64,000 nucleotides of DNA from Malacoraja senta (lineage: Eukaryota), in assembly GCA_038087875.1 (NCBI GenBank), contig CM075990.1:5210001-5274000 (forward strand), written 5' to 3'. The notes under the pieces are model-generated. The model was not told the DNA's origin, made no database searches, and saw only the letters and a list, made by a program, of their open reading frames with translations. Below are positions 48,624 through 62,362 of the stretch, in pieces (the first letter of the stretch is position 1; each line of letters begins with the position of its first letter). The translations under genes and the position numbers were made by a program.

Positions 48624-48901
48624 ACCAAGACCTCAACGGTGGAACAGGCGGAGTATGATGGCTGACTTTAGTGGAGCGTCACAACGGCTGGGAAGGTGGA
48701 TGAAGGCTGCAGTAGAAAAGGGTCTCCGGTCGTCTTGGACTCCATGCCACTGGATCCTGACCCAGACCTGTCAAGGACTGTGGGGTGGCTGTCTGTGCAC
48801 CAGTCTCCCCACTTTAAACAAAGTCACGCACAGGCTTCACCCATATAGGGAATAGCAACCCTGGAGACACCCATGGTCAAGGGGGCCTAAGTAAAGTAAA
48901 G
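48478..48901 (+). mobile_element. RTE-derived bipartite SINE, full length
   Basis: Perfect 11-bp TSD TCTTTCAAAGA (48467-48477, 48902-48912); RTE-like head; (TAAAG)n tail. Confidence 0.87.
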
Positions 48902-49414
48902 TCTTTCAAAGAGTCATCATGTTCGAATGTGTTGATGGACCTCTCTCTTTGGCCTTATCTCTATGATTCTCTATCTGAATGCTTTGTTTTCACCAGAAAA
49001 GTAGTCAGTTTATTGTTGTGTGCACAAGTATGGGTTAGTTTAGTTTGGAGATACACCATGGAAACAAGCTCTTCAGCCCAGTCTGAAGAAGGGTCTCTAC
49101 CCAAAATGTCACCTATCCACGTTTGCCCGAAATGTTGCCTGACCTGCTAAGTTACTCCAGGACTTCGTGCCTTTCGTGTATTAACCAGCACATGCAGTTC
49201 CTTGTCTACACAATAATGGTGTCGACCTGCTTCACCATGAATAGGGGACAGTATAATTTGTGGTGGTTTATAGAGTCAAAGAGGATAGGATATCAGTTCA
49301 TTTATGTTTCGATGTTTTGGAGCATGGGTGCTCATGGCTTGGCAGTCATATTGAAGGCTCTTAATGTGGGCATGGGGGCTGAGCAATTCAAGAGACTTAC
49401 CTGATTGGGGTATT

Positions 49415-52400
49415 AGATACATAGATACATAGAAAATAGGTGCAGGAGTAGGCCATTCGGCCCTTCGAGCCTGCACCGCCATTCAATATGATCATGGCTG
49501 ATCATCCAACTCAGTATCCCGTACCTGCCTTCTCTCCATACCCCCTGATCCTTTAGCCACAAGGGCCACATCTAACTCCCTCTTAAATATAGCCAATGAA
49601 CTGGCCTCAACTACCCTCTGTGGCAGAGAGTTCCAGAGATTCACCACTCTCTGTGTGAAAAAGTTTTTCCTCATCTCGGTCTTAAAGGATTTCCCCCTTA
49701 TCCTTAAGCTGTGACCCCTTGTCCTGGACTTCCCCAACATCGGGAACAATCTTCCTGCATCTAGCCTGTCCAACCCCATAAGAATTTTGTACGTTTCTAT
49801 AAGATCCCCTCTCAATCTCCTAAATTCTAGCGAGTATAAGCCAAGTCTATCCAGTCTTTCTTCATATGAAAGTCCTGACATCCCAGGAATCAGTCTGGTG
49901 AACCTTCTCTGCACTCCCTCTATGGCTATAATGTCCTTCCTCAGATTTGGAGACCAAAACTGTACGCAATACTCCAGGTGTGGTCTCACCAAGACCCTGT
50001 ACAACTGCAATAGAACCTCCCTGCTCCTATACTCAAATCCTCTTGCTATGAAAGCCAACATACCATTTGCTTTCTTCACTGCCTGCTGCACCTGCATGCC
50101 TACTTTCAATGACTGGTGTACCATGACACCCAGGTCTCGCTGCATCTCCCCGTTTCCTAATCGGCCACCATTTAGATAATAGTCTGCCTTCCCGTTTTTG
50201 CCACCAAAGTGGATAACCTCACATTTATCCACATTATACTGCATCTGCCAAACATTTGCCCACTCACCCAGCCTATCCAAGTCACCTTGCAGTCTCCTAG
50301 CATCCTCCTCACAGCTAACACTGCCCCCCAGCTTAGTGTCATCCGCAAACTTGGAGATGTTGCTTTCAATTCCCTCATCCAGCTCATTAATATAAATTGT
50401 AAATAGCTGGGGTCCCAGCACTGAGCCTTGCGGTACCCCACTAGTCACTGCCTGCCATTGTGAAAAGGACCCGTTTACTCCTACTCTTTGCTTCCTGTTT
50501 GCCAGCCAGTTCTCTATCCACATCAATACTGAACCCCCAATACCGTGTGATTTAAGTTTGTATCCTAATCTCTTATGTGGTACCTTGTCGAAAGCCTTCT
50601 GAAAGTCCAGATACAACACATCCACTGGTTCTCCCCTGTCCACTCTACTAGTTACATCCTCGAAAAATTCTATAAGATTCGTCAGACACGATTTACCTTT
50701 CGTAAATCCATGCTGACTTTGTCCAATGATTTCACCACTTTCCAAATGTGCTGCTATCCCATCTTTAATAACTGACTCTAGCAGTTTCCCCACTGCCGAT
50801 GTTAGACTAACTGGTCTGTAATTCCCCGTTTTCTCTCTCCCTCCCTTCTTAAAAAGTGAGGTTACGTTTGCTACCCTCCAATCCTCAGGAACTACTCCAG
50901 AATCTAAAGAGTTTTGAAAAATTATCACTAATGCATCCACTATTTCTGGAGCTACTTCCTTAAGTACTCTGGGATGCAGCCTATCTGGCCCTGGTGATTT
51001 ATCGGCCTTTAATCCATTCAATTTACCCAACACCACTTCCCGACTAACCTGGATTTCACTCAGTTCCTCCATCTCCTTTGACCCGCGGCCCCCTGCTATT
51101 TCCGGCAGATTATTTATGTCTTCCTTAGTGAAGACGGAACCAAAGTAGTTATTCAATTGGTCCGCCATATCCTTGTTCCCCATGATCAATTCACCTGTTT
51201 CTGACTGCAAGGGACCTACATTTGTTTTAACTAATCTCTTTCTCTTCACATACCTATAAAAACTTTTGCAGTCAGTTTTTATGTTCCCTGCCAGTTTTCT
51301 TTCATAATCTATTTTCCCTTTCCTAATTAAGCCCTTTGTCCTCCTGTGCTGGTCTCTGAATTTCTCCCAGTCCTCTGGTATGCTGCTTTTTCTGGCTAAT
51401 TTGTACGCATCATCTTTTGCTTTGATATTATCCCTGATTTCCCTTGTTATCCACGGATGCACTACCTTCCCTGATTTATTCTTTTGCCAAACTGGGATGA
51501 ACAATTTTTGTAGTTCATCCATGCAGTCTTTAAATGCCTTCCATTGCATATCCACCGTCAACCCTTTTAGAACAAAGAGATCAGATACAGAATCAAGCCC
51601 TCAAGATCGCAGCCGAAGAACTGGCTCCAGTTTTGCAGTTCATTTTCCAACAATAGCTTGACTCAGGTGATGTTCCGCTGGATTGGAGGAAGGCTAACAT
51701 CACTCCTCTCTTTAAGAAAGGTTCAACCACCAACCCAGCGAATTATCGTCCTGTTTCATTAACAAGTACTTGCTGCAAATTACTGGAGCATGTAATTGAT
51801 AGTAATCTGATGCGACACGTGAGCAAACATAATATTCTTGCTGACAACCAACATGCATTTAGGAGGCATAGATCATGTGAGTCTCAGCTTATCCTGACGA
51901 CAAATGACCTGGCCAAACATCTTGATGGTAATGTCATCACGGATTTAGTAGTGCTGGACTTTTCTAAAGCATTTGATGTCACCCCACACCAGAGACTGCT
52001 TCGGAAGCTTGACTTCTATGGTATTCGTTCCAACACGAAACGATGGATTTCCAGTTTCCTGACAAAACGTCTTCAGCGTGTGTGTGTGAACGGAAAGAGC
52101 TCCAATTGGCATCCAGTGTTGAGTGGTACACCTCAGGGCACAGTACTTGGCCCACATCTGTTTTTGCTTTACATAAACGACATCCATGAAAAAGTCGCAT
52201 GCACGACCAGACTATTCGCTGATGATTGTTTGCTGTACCGTCCAATTAAGTCAGCTGATGATGAAGATGCTCTCCAAAAGGACCTCGATACAATGGTTGA
52301 GTGGTCACACCAATGGGGCATGCAGTTCAACCCTTCCAAATGTGAAACCATGCGTGTCACCAGAAAGAGGAATCCAGGCAAAACATCGTACAATATACTT

Positions 52401-54205
52401 GGTACCACCCTTGAAGAATCCAAACAAACCAAGTATCTTGGCATCAAATTGCAGAATGACCTGCGTTGGAATGGTCAGACTCATCATGCAACGGTGAAAG
52501 CAACAGGTGTCCTAAATTTTCTGAGGCGCAACTTTCATCATTGTTCAACTTCTGTCAAGGAGAAGCTATACTTCACCCTCGTTAGACCTCATTTGGACTA
52601 CGCAGTTGCATGCATGGGACCCATACACAAATAAAAACATTTCTTCCATCGAACGGGTCCAAAGACAGGCAGCTCGATTTGTTACTAACACCTATGAGAG
52701 AGAAGCGAGTGTTACCAAACTTTTGATTTCTCTGGGGTGGAACCCTCTCCAAGACAGACGTGAAGCTCACCGTTTGACCTGTTTTTACAAAATGTTAAAT
52801 GGTCAGCTCAACATAGATTACAAGACCTACACCAAACCCAAACCAATTAGGAGCAGACGAGGACATTCGATCCAATTTGAGATTCCAGCTGCCAAGACAG
52901 ATGTGTGCAGCAATTCATTCTTCCCCCGCACAATTAAAGCATGGAATAATCTTCACCCTACCATAGTGACCCAACCAGATGCAACTAAATTTAAGGTAGC
53001 TCTTTCTTCCCAAAAACCCTTTCTGGCTTAAGTCCTCCCTCCACCACCTCCAGTTTAAATTCCATTTGGAATATTTTGGAGGACCAAGAAACCAAGAACC
53101 AAGAACTAATTGCAGGTCAATCTTGGCCAATTCACGTCTCATACCCTCAAAGTTACCTTTCTTTAAGTTCAGAACCGTTGTTTCTGAATTAACAATGTCA
53201 CTCTCCATCCTAATGAAGAACTCAACCATATTATGGTCACTCTTGTCCAAGGGGGCACGCACAACAAGACTGCTAACTATCCCTTCCTCATTACTCAATA
53301 CCCAGTCTAGAATAGCCTGCTCTCTTGTTGGTTCCTCTACATGTTGGTTTAGATAACTATCCCGCATACATTCCAAGAAATCCTCTTCCTCAGCACCACT
53401 GCCAATTTGATTCACCCAATCTATATGTAGATTGAAGTCACCCATTATAACTGTTTTGTCTTTGTTGCACGCATTTCTAATTTCCTGTTTGATGCCATCC
53501 CCAACTTCACTACTACTGCTAGGTGGCCTGTACACAACACCCACCAGCGTTTTCTGCCCCTTAGTGTTTCGCAGCTCTACCCATACCGATTCCACATCAT
53601 TTAAGCTAATGTCCTTCCTTTCCACTGCGTTAATCTCCTCTCTTACCAGCAACGCTACCCCACCTCCTTTTCCTTTCTCTCTATCCCTCCTGAATATTGA
53701 ATATCCCTGGATGTTCAGCTCCCAGCCTTGGTCACCCTGGAGCCATGTCTCCGTGATCCCAACTATATCATAATCATTAATAGCTATCTGCACGTTCAAC
53801 TCATCCGCCTTATTACGAATGCTCCTTGCATTGAGACACAAAGCCTTCAGGCTTGTTTTTACAACGATCTTACCCCTTATACAATTATGTTGAAAAGTGG
53901 CCCTTTTTGATTTTTGCCCTGGATTTGTCTGCCTGCCACTTTTACTTTTCACCTTGCTACCTATTGTTTCCGCCCACATTTTACACCCCTCTGTTTCTCT
54001 GCTCACCCATTTAAGAACCCCACCACCTCTTATTCTCTGTTTATTATTGTTTTCTTCTTCCCCCCCTACATGTTGGGTCTGAGTGCTTTCCTTCTCTGCC
54101 TCCTGCCTCACACACTGTCTAATAGCTTTCTCAATTTGAGTTTCTCCCCCCAACCATTCTAGTTTAAAGTCTCCCCAGTAGCCTTTGCAGATCTCCCCGC
54201 CAGGG
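49415..54205 (-). mobile_element. CR1 LINE, ORF2-length, split by an RTEX-like insertion
   Basis: ORF 52915-54294 (APE half) and 49492-51561 (RT half) join exactly across the insertion. Confidence 0.95.
51574..53101 (+). mobile_element. RTEX-like non-LTR retrotransposon, 5'-truncated
   Basis: RT motifs SCESQL, LDFSKAFD, GTPQGTVLGP and FADD; C-terminal SFFPRTIKAWNNL; (CCAAGAA)n tail; AGAAC duplicated at the junctions. Clade assignment is tentative. Confidence 0.75.
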
Positions 54206-57103
54206 AGACTTGGTTGTCCCCCTGAGAGATTAGGAAATGACTTCATCTCATGCCCCAGATGCAGTAATCCTCTGGGTGATGAAATATGAGCCACGCCAGC
54301 TGAACCTCTCGAGTAATGAAAAATGACGTGTAAATGGTGCGTTTCACTCTGGGGGTGGGGTACGGTCAGGGGAATGTTTTCAACAACACTTTTTCTGGAA
54401 AGAAAGCACCTGAATTTCTAAATAAAATTACAGTATTGTGATCAGTTTTGGTCACCCTGCTTATAGGAAAGATGTTATTTAGCTGGGAAGAGTGCGGTGA
54501 AGACTTACAAGGATGTTGCCAGGACTTGAGGGCCTGAGCTATAATGAGAGGTTGGGCAGGCGCGGACTTTATTCCTATGAGTGCAGGTGGAAGAGCGTTG
54601 ATCTGACTGAGATGTATAAGATCACGAGGGGAATAAGTAAGGTAGATGCACAGTCTTTTACCCAGAGGAGGGGGAATCAAGAACCAGAGAATATAGGTTT
54701 GAGGTGAGAGAGGAAAGATTTAATAGGAACCTGAGGGGCAACTTTTTCACACAGAGGGTGTGGGTAGATGGAACCAGCTGCCAGAGGAGGTAGAGGCAGG
54801 TACTATAACAACATTTGGATAGGAAAGGTTTAGAGGGATATGGGACAAACACTGGCATGTTGGACTAGGGTAGATGGGATGTCCTGGTCAGCAAGGGGAA
54901 AATGGGCTGAAGGGCCTCTTTCCATGACTCTATGACACTGAGTAATGTGAATACATCTTTTTGCAGGAAATTATGGAAAAGTATCTTGCTTTGAAAGTAA
55001 CAGTTCAGATCCTTATTTTGGACTGATGTCAAACAGAAGAATAATACATTCTTATCTGACCTTTAACACAGTGAAGTCGTACACTGGCTGACTTCCTGGT
55101 GAACACAACTGTTGAAGGTCCTTTAAGAGCAAGGCTATTGGCCCAATTAACAATTACTTTGTCACCAACAAGTTGTCCTTGAAAATTTGGATTCACAAAA
55201 AATAAGCAATTATGGAGATTGCTCCCTGTGCCGTTATCAGACAACAGTAAAAAGAAAGTAATATTGGAGCAAAAAGAACAGAAAATAGCAGCAGGTGTCA
55301 GTGCTAGTGCAGAACGCCTCAGGCACGAAGGTGCTACTGAAATATTACTTTAGATTTTTGCTCCAATGTAAAAATTGGGTTGGATTTCACTGGTTCTGCG
55401 GCTGGATTTCCATGCTTCAATAGAGGTCATGAGTTCAACAGTATCTAATTATCAAATGCACTGACAATGAAGCAATTAAATTCTCCCTTGTGAAGATAGA
55501 CTCAAAATGATGGAGTGACTCGGCCGGCAGGCAGCATCTCTGGAGAGGAGGAATGGGTGAAGTTTTGGGTCGGGACCCTTCTTCAGACCAGCATCTGCAG
55601 TTCCTTCCTACACAAAATTCTTCCTTGCAGCAGCTTAACAAGCCTGTAAACGCAATACCCGCAGATAGTATATAATAATATTTTTTTAATTTCACAAACT
55701 AACACAAATGCAAAAACCAAAGCAATGAGTGCAACCAAAGACAATCATTGGAAGGTCATGATTGCTAAGGGTAGTGTGGTGGAGTGTTCAGTGCTTGTGA
55801 TTGTTGGGAAGAAGCTATGGCCAGGGCGGTGTGGGTCTCTGATGATGTTGGCTGCCTTTTTCAGGCAGCGCCTCCTACTGTTCACTTCGATTGGTAGGGA
55901 GATCAGTATCTGTGATGGACTGGGCAATGTCCACCACTCCGTGTAATCTCCATCGCTGATAGCTGTTCCAGATGCCAAACCAGGCCATGATGCAAGCAGT
56001 CAAGATGTTCTCTACCGTATACCTGTAGAAGTTCAATAAAGCATTCATCGACATACCAATTCTCCTCCATCATCTAGGGGAGTCGATGTGCTGATGGGCT
56101 TTCTTTGTGAGTACATCAATGTATTGGACCTAGGACAGATCTTTGGTCATTTGCTGACCCAGGAACTTGAAGCTGTTGACTTCACCACCGTCTCTTCAAT
56201 GAAGACAGGTGGATCCTTGGCTTTCCCCTCCTGAAGTCAACAATCAGATCCTTGGCCTTGCTGATGTTGAGAGTAAGATTGTAGTTCTGACACCATGCAA
56301 TCAGATTATCATCGTCCCTCCTATGCTCTGATTTATCATTATTCGTCCAACAACAGAGGTATCCTCAACATATTTATAGATGGCACTGGTGTTGTGTCTA
56401 GCAACACAGTCGTGGATACAGAGAGCATAGAGTAGGGAACTGAGCACACAGCCTTGACGTACTCTTATGCTGATGGCTTTCGAGAAGGAAGTGGTATTGT
56501 TGAGTCATATCAATTGTGGTCTGCCGATGAGGAAGTCTCGGATCCAGTTCCATGTGGGTGAGCAGAGACTTAGCATTCTGTGTTTGATTCTAAGTTTGGA
56601 GGGGATGATGGTGTTGAACGCCAAGCTGTAGTCGATGAAGAACAGCCTAATGGCTGACCCTGATTGGTCCTGGTCTTTTCTCGCCCCCACCCCTTCTTCA
56701 ACTCCCCCCCCCCTCAACCCCCTTCTTTCCGCCTGAGGAAGGGTCCTGACCCGAAATATCAGCCATCCCTTTTCTCCAGAGATGCTGCCTGGCCCGTTGA
56801 GTTACTCCAGCACTTTGCGTCTATCTTTGGTATAAACCTGCACCTGCAGTTCTTTGTTTCTACATAGTGTTCTTATTGTTCTCTGGAGTATTTCCAAAAT
56901 TTTCTGGTGGTTTCAGATTTCCAGCATCTGCATTAAAATATTTTTTTAAATTTTAGAACTGGTTGGGACAATGGGCATTAGATCTGATCCCTCAGTTGTA
57001 CAAAGGTCACGGCTGCTGCAACTGGAGCGGTTCCATTCATTTGAATTAGTCACTGACGATTAAACAAGTAAGCAGAAGTTTGTGTCTTAACTTACACAAG
57101 TAA

Positions 57104-57330
57104 AGGGCCTGTCCCACTTTCACGACCTAATTCACCACCTTTTTTACTCGTGGACATTTTTCATCCGGCTAGAAAAACGCCCCGACCTACTTGATGCCAC
57201 GAGTACCTACGACAAGCATCACAACCTACCTACGACCTCCTACGACCTCGTGACGAACATGCTGCGAGTATGAGTCAAGGGCAAACTCGGCAGAGGTCGT
57301 GAATTAGGTCGTGAAAGTGGGACAGCCCCT
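57104..57330. mobile_element. PIF/Harbinger-like MITE
   Basis: 32-bp TIR AGGGCCTGTCCCACTTTCACGACCTAATTCAC (1 mismatch); flanked by TAA / TTA. Confidence 0.85.
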
Positions 57331-58324
57331 TTAATCAAAACCCGTCAAATTTATTTTGAAGGTGAATATCATTTTCAAAAGCGGTTGAAAATTTGTAAAT
57401 ATTTCATGCTTTAGGATGTGAGATTTTTGTGATTCAAATCCCACACTGCAGCCATCCAGCTGACTGTTCCTCTATCATGTTGGTTGCTACTAAAATCATT
57501 TCCTGCTAATATTATATTTAGTAGAATTACTTGGTATTTGAAGCATAGATAGAGACCATTCACCCTAACTGATTCATCAGTATTTCTGCTGCATATGTGC
57601 ATTCGTTATCCCTTAGTTTATCTAACTTTGACAGCTTACTACTCTATTTCTCTGTTACGTGTTTATCCAGCTACTATTTTAATACATTTATGCTACGGTA
57701 TTTGCATCATTACTCCTTACAATAACAAGGTCCACATTTTAATAATTCTCTGGAAATTCTTCCTAATTGTTTAATGTACTTAATCCATAGCTGTGTTCTC
57801 TCCTTCACTTGAAACCCTATCTTCATTTAACTTTTTAAATTTTAGTTATCACTATCAGATTACCTCTTTTATGTAGAAAAAGGAACCCCAAGCCTGTTCA
57901 ATTTTCTTAATAGATATAATCTCTTTGTTCTAATATGTTATTCTAATAAATCTTTCATCTTCTGTCTTCTGCATTACTACTTCTTTCTAACATGGGATCA
58001 GAACTGTTTGCAATGCCCAAGGCATAATATAGCCAAGGTTTTATTTATGATTAATGTTATTTTTCGGCATGAAATAATATAATCTCAACCTGATTATACT
58101 TTTAGATAATATCTCAATTTATGTATTTGAATGAATAATCTGTTTTGCATCTGTGTTTTGTGGTACAATATTAAAGACACACCATCACACACAAGTAAAG
58201 GGCCTGTCCCACTTTCACGACCTAATTCACCTAATATCTTCTCCACATCCATCCAGTCAAATGACTTGCTAAGGAGGACTACAGTCGTAATTAATATCCC
58301 TTGAATGTTGGTGTAGTCTCGGGG

Positions 58325-58640
58325 TTTAGTTTAATTTAGAGATACAGCTTGGAAACAGGTCCTTCGGCCCACCGAGTCTGCACCGACCAGCGATCCCCGC
58401 CCATTAACACTACCCTACACACACGAGGGACAATTTACATTTATACCAAGCTACAATTTACCTACAAACCTGTAAGTCTTTTGAGTGTGGGAGGAAACCG
58501 AAGATCTTGGAGCAAACCCACGCAGGTCACGGGGAGAACTTACAAACCCCGTACAGACAGCACCCGTAGACCGGATCGAACCCTGGTCTCCAGCGCTGCA
58601 AGCGCTGTAAGGCAGCAACTCTACCGCTGCGCCACCGTGC
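58325..58640 (-). mobile_element. HE1-type SINE
   Basis: Full head, core and tail on the minus strand. Confidence 0.88.
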
Positions 58641-59097
58641 AGGGTAAAAAGTAATTCATTAATAAATCTAATATTAATCTGGAGAACCAGAATCCTGATC
58701 ACTAATTAAACTAAACAAAGTTTAAACTTCATTACAAAACTTGAATGGATTAACTAATTAATTACATTCAATAATTGGTTTGTAAAAATGGAGTTTGTTC
58801 CATTAGATTTTTTCACAAAAATGCAGTACTCATCTAATTTAATGCTTGGGTTTGCAGAAAACATAGCAATTTGAGATTATTTCTGAAATATCAATCCTTT
58901 TAAGCACTTATTTGGTGAGGAGACTTTGTGCTTAGGGTTTTTTCGATATTCAGCAAAGGTGTGATCGTTGATCTTTGACTAATACTGGTCAAGATGATAT
59001 TCTTCCTCAATATCATCCCACTTTTCTGACCTTCACCAAACAGTGAGCTGACTAAAGCCCCAACATCACATGGCCACAGACCCAGTTTCCATTCACA

Positions 59098-60297
59098 TGT
59101 GGATGTAGTATATCTGGACTTTCAGAAAGCCTTTGATATGGTCCCACACAGGAGATTAGTGGGCATAATTAGAGCACATGCTATTGTGGGTAGGATATTG
59201 ACATGGATAGAGAATTGGTTGGCAGACGGGAAACAAAGAGTAGGAATAAACGGGTCCCTGTCAGAATGGCAGGCAGTGGCGAGTGAAGTGCCGCAAGGCT
59301 CGGTGCTGGGGCCGCAACTATTTACAATATATATTAATGATTTAGATGATGGAATTAAAAGTAACACTAGCAAATTTGCTGATGACACAAAGTTGGGTGG
59401 CAGTGTGAACTGCAAAGAGGATGCTAGGAGGTTGCAGGGTGACTTGGACAGGTTGAGGGAGTGGGCAGATGCATGGCAGATGCAGTATAATGTAGATAAA
59501 TGTGAGGTTATCCACTTTGGTGGCAAGAACAAGGCAGATTATTATCTCAATGGTGTCAGATTAGGAAAAAGGGAAGTGCAACAAGACCTGGGTGTCCTTG
59601 TACACCAGTCACTGAAAGTAAACATGCAGGAACAGCAGGCAGGGAAGAAAGCTAATGGCATGTTGGCCTTCATAACGAGAGGAATTGAGTAAAGAGGTCC
59701 TTCTGCAGTTGTACAGGGCCCTGGTGAGACCACATCTGGAGTATTGTGTGCAGTTTTTGTCTCCTAATTTGAGGAAGGACATCCTTGCTATTGAGGCAGT
59801 GCAGCGTAGGTTCACGAGGTTAATTCCTGGGATGGCGGGACTGTCATATGAGGAAAGATTGGAAAGACTGGGATTGTATTCACTGGAATTCAGAAGGATG
59901 AAACTTACAGAAACATATAAAATTATAAAAAGACTGGACAAGCTAGATGCAAGAAAAAATGTTCCCAATGTTGGGGGAGTCCAGAACCAGGGGCCACAGT
60001 CTAAGAATAAAGGGGAGGCCATTTAAAACTGAGATGAGAAAAAGCTTTTTCACCCAGAGAGTTGTGAATTTGTGGAATTTTCTGCCACAAAAGGTTGTGG
60101 AGGCCAATTTACTGGATGAATTTAAAAGAGAGTTAGATAGAGCTCTAGGGGCTAGTGGAATGAAGGGATATGGGGAGAAGGCAGGCACGGGTTACTGATT
60201 GTGGATGATCAGCCATGATCGCAATGAATGGCGGTGCTGGCTCAAAGGGCCAAATGGCCTCCTCCTGCACCTATTTTCTATGTTTCTTTGTTTCTTT
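59098..60297 (+). mobile_element. CR1 LINE, 5'-truncated with frameshifts
   Basis: YLDFQKAFD and FADD motifs, CR1 C-terminus and tail. Confidence 0.92.
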
Positions 60298-61074
60298 GAC
60301 ATTAGGGTTTGTTTGATGTCACGAGTTTGAAGTTGTCAGCCATTTCGGTCACAGCCACCGGAAAAAGATGAAGCAGATATAGCAACTTCACATGTCTAGA
60401 TTAGGACCAGTCCCTAACCTAGCAATACAGCAGTGCTATGATGTGTGTACAGTGTGGTCAATGCATGATGCGCCCATGACTATTTGTCTGTGGTCTTCTG
60501 TTGGAAACTTTAAAATTGCCCAAAGGCCTTTGCCCTGGGGATAGGTAGGTGATACGTTGTCGAGGGAGGAGTGAAGGACAAGGGCTTTATTGGAGGAGTG
60601 GGTGTTATGGGGATCCTTAGAGGATAGTAGTATGATTAAATGATTGCTACATTAAGCAGGAGATATAAGTGGTTGGCGGTGTAATGTTTGTTGCTTGAAT
60701 CGTTGCTTAGCGGATAGGCCAGCGGTTTGGTCCAGATAGTGAGATAGGTGGTGGATTATACACGTGGGTAGGATAGGGTTCAATACTATTGGCGTTACTG
60801 AAGGATAAAAGATAATTATGAGATTTAGAGAGGTCCAAATCCAAGAAGCTCTGTTTGTCATAAGATCATAAGATCATTAGGCCATTTAGCCCATCATGTC
60901 TACTCTGCCATCCAATCATGGCTGATCCATCTCTCCATCCTATCCCCATTCTCCTGCCTTCTCCCCATAACCCCTGACACCCGTACTAATCAACAAAGGG
61001 CCATTGGTCCCACGGAGGCCAATGACAACTGCTCCCAGGAAGTGATTGTAGGAACAAGGTAATTGTGATTCCTA

Positions 61075-61389
61075 TTTAAGTTTTCATTTTAGAGATACAG
61101 CGCAGAAACAGGCCCTTCGGTACACTGAGTCTGAGCCGACCGTCGATCCCCACAAAGTAACACTGTTCTACACTTACTGGGGACAATTTACAATTTTACC
61201 GAAGCCAATTAACCTACAGACCTGTACGTCTTTGGGTTGTGGGAGGAATCCAGAGCACCCAGAGAAAGCCCACGCAAGTTACGGGGAGAACATACAAACT
61301 CTGTACAGAGAGCACCCATGGTCAGGATCGAACCTGGATCTCTGGTGCTGTAAGGCAGCAACTCTACCGCGGCACCACCGTGCTGCCCC
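61075..61389 (-). mobile_element. HE1-type SINE
   Basis: Reverse-complement match to the other copies. Confidence 0.85.
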
Positions 61390-62362
61390 ATTTGATTTGG
61401 AAATTGGATCATATGCGCAAGCACTCAGTTGAAAAAGTGAAAACCTGTAGTAACAGGATAGATGGCAAACTGGGATAAGCAAGATAAGTTTTAGTATTTT
61501 AATTGAACTTTCCCCTAACTTCTCTTGCCTTAAGAGCTGTCGATAAATTTCCACTGTGAAAAAAAATCTCTAACCGACATCAGCCCTGAGCACTTCATCT
61601 CCAATTTTAACCACATATTACCTAAGAATCAAACAGCATAGAAACAGGCCCTTTAGCCCAGCAAGTCCGCCCTCATTTACATTAGTCCCATTAATTCTCC
61701 GCATATTTCCAACAACTTCCCCCCAGACGATTTATATCATCCTGTAGTGGGCTCCCACAGCAGACAAAAATATTTCCTTCTCCCCAGTCTCTAAAATCTT
61801 TTAATTGGCTTAAATACTTCTATTAGATTTCCTTTTAATCTTTTATCGTAAAGAAGATTTGAGATAATCCAGTTGAGGTGTTAAAGGTGATTAAGGAATT
61901 GGTAAAGGTAACAAATACTTGAGTTGCAACCAAAATAATCCTATTCCTTCACCATGCCAAGGGTAAATTAGATTGTGCTCCATCACTTATCGGAGGTGGG
62001 AAGATATCAACTGTTGTTGCTTCTTAGTATTGGTTGGATTTTAAGTTATAAAATCATAGGGTTTTACTGTGTTGAAAAATGCCCTTTGGCCCAACTTGTT
62101 CACACGGGCCAACATGTCCCATCTACACTAGTACCACCTGCCTGCATTTGGCCCATAAACCTCTAACTTTGTCCCATCCATCTAAAACCTCTGTCTAAAT
62201 GTATCTTAAATATTGTGATAGTGAAAGTTAATTTCATTTAGATTTAAGGAAATATAAATAGGATAGTTCCCCTCTCCCCTGACTGTCAGTCTGAAGAGGA
62301 GGCTCGACCTGAAACGTCACCCATTCCTTCTCTCCAGAGATGTTGCCAGTCCCGCTGAGTTA

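Noticed and set aside
58860..60500. Exons of a neighbouring gene or transposase on either side of the CR1
   Set aside because: Joining the flanks gives stops in all minus frames examined and no recognisable motif.
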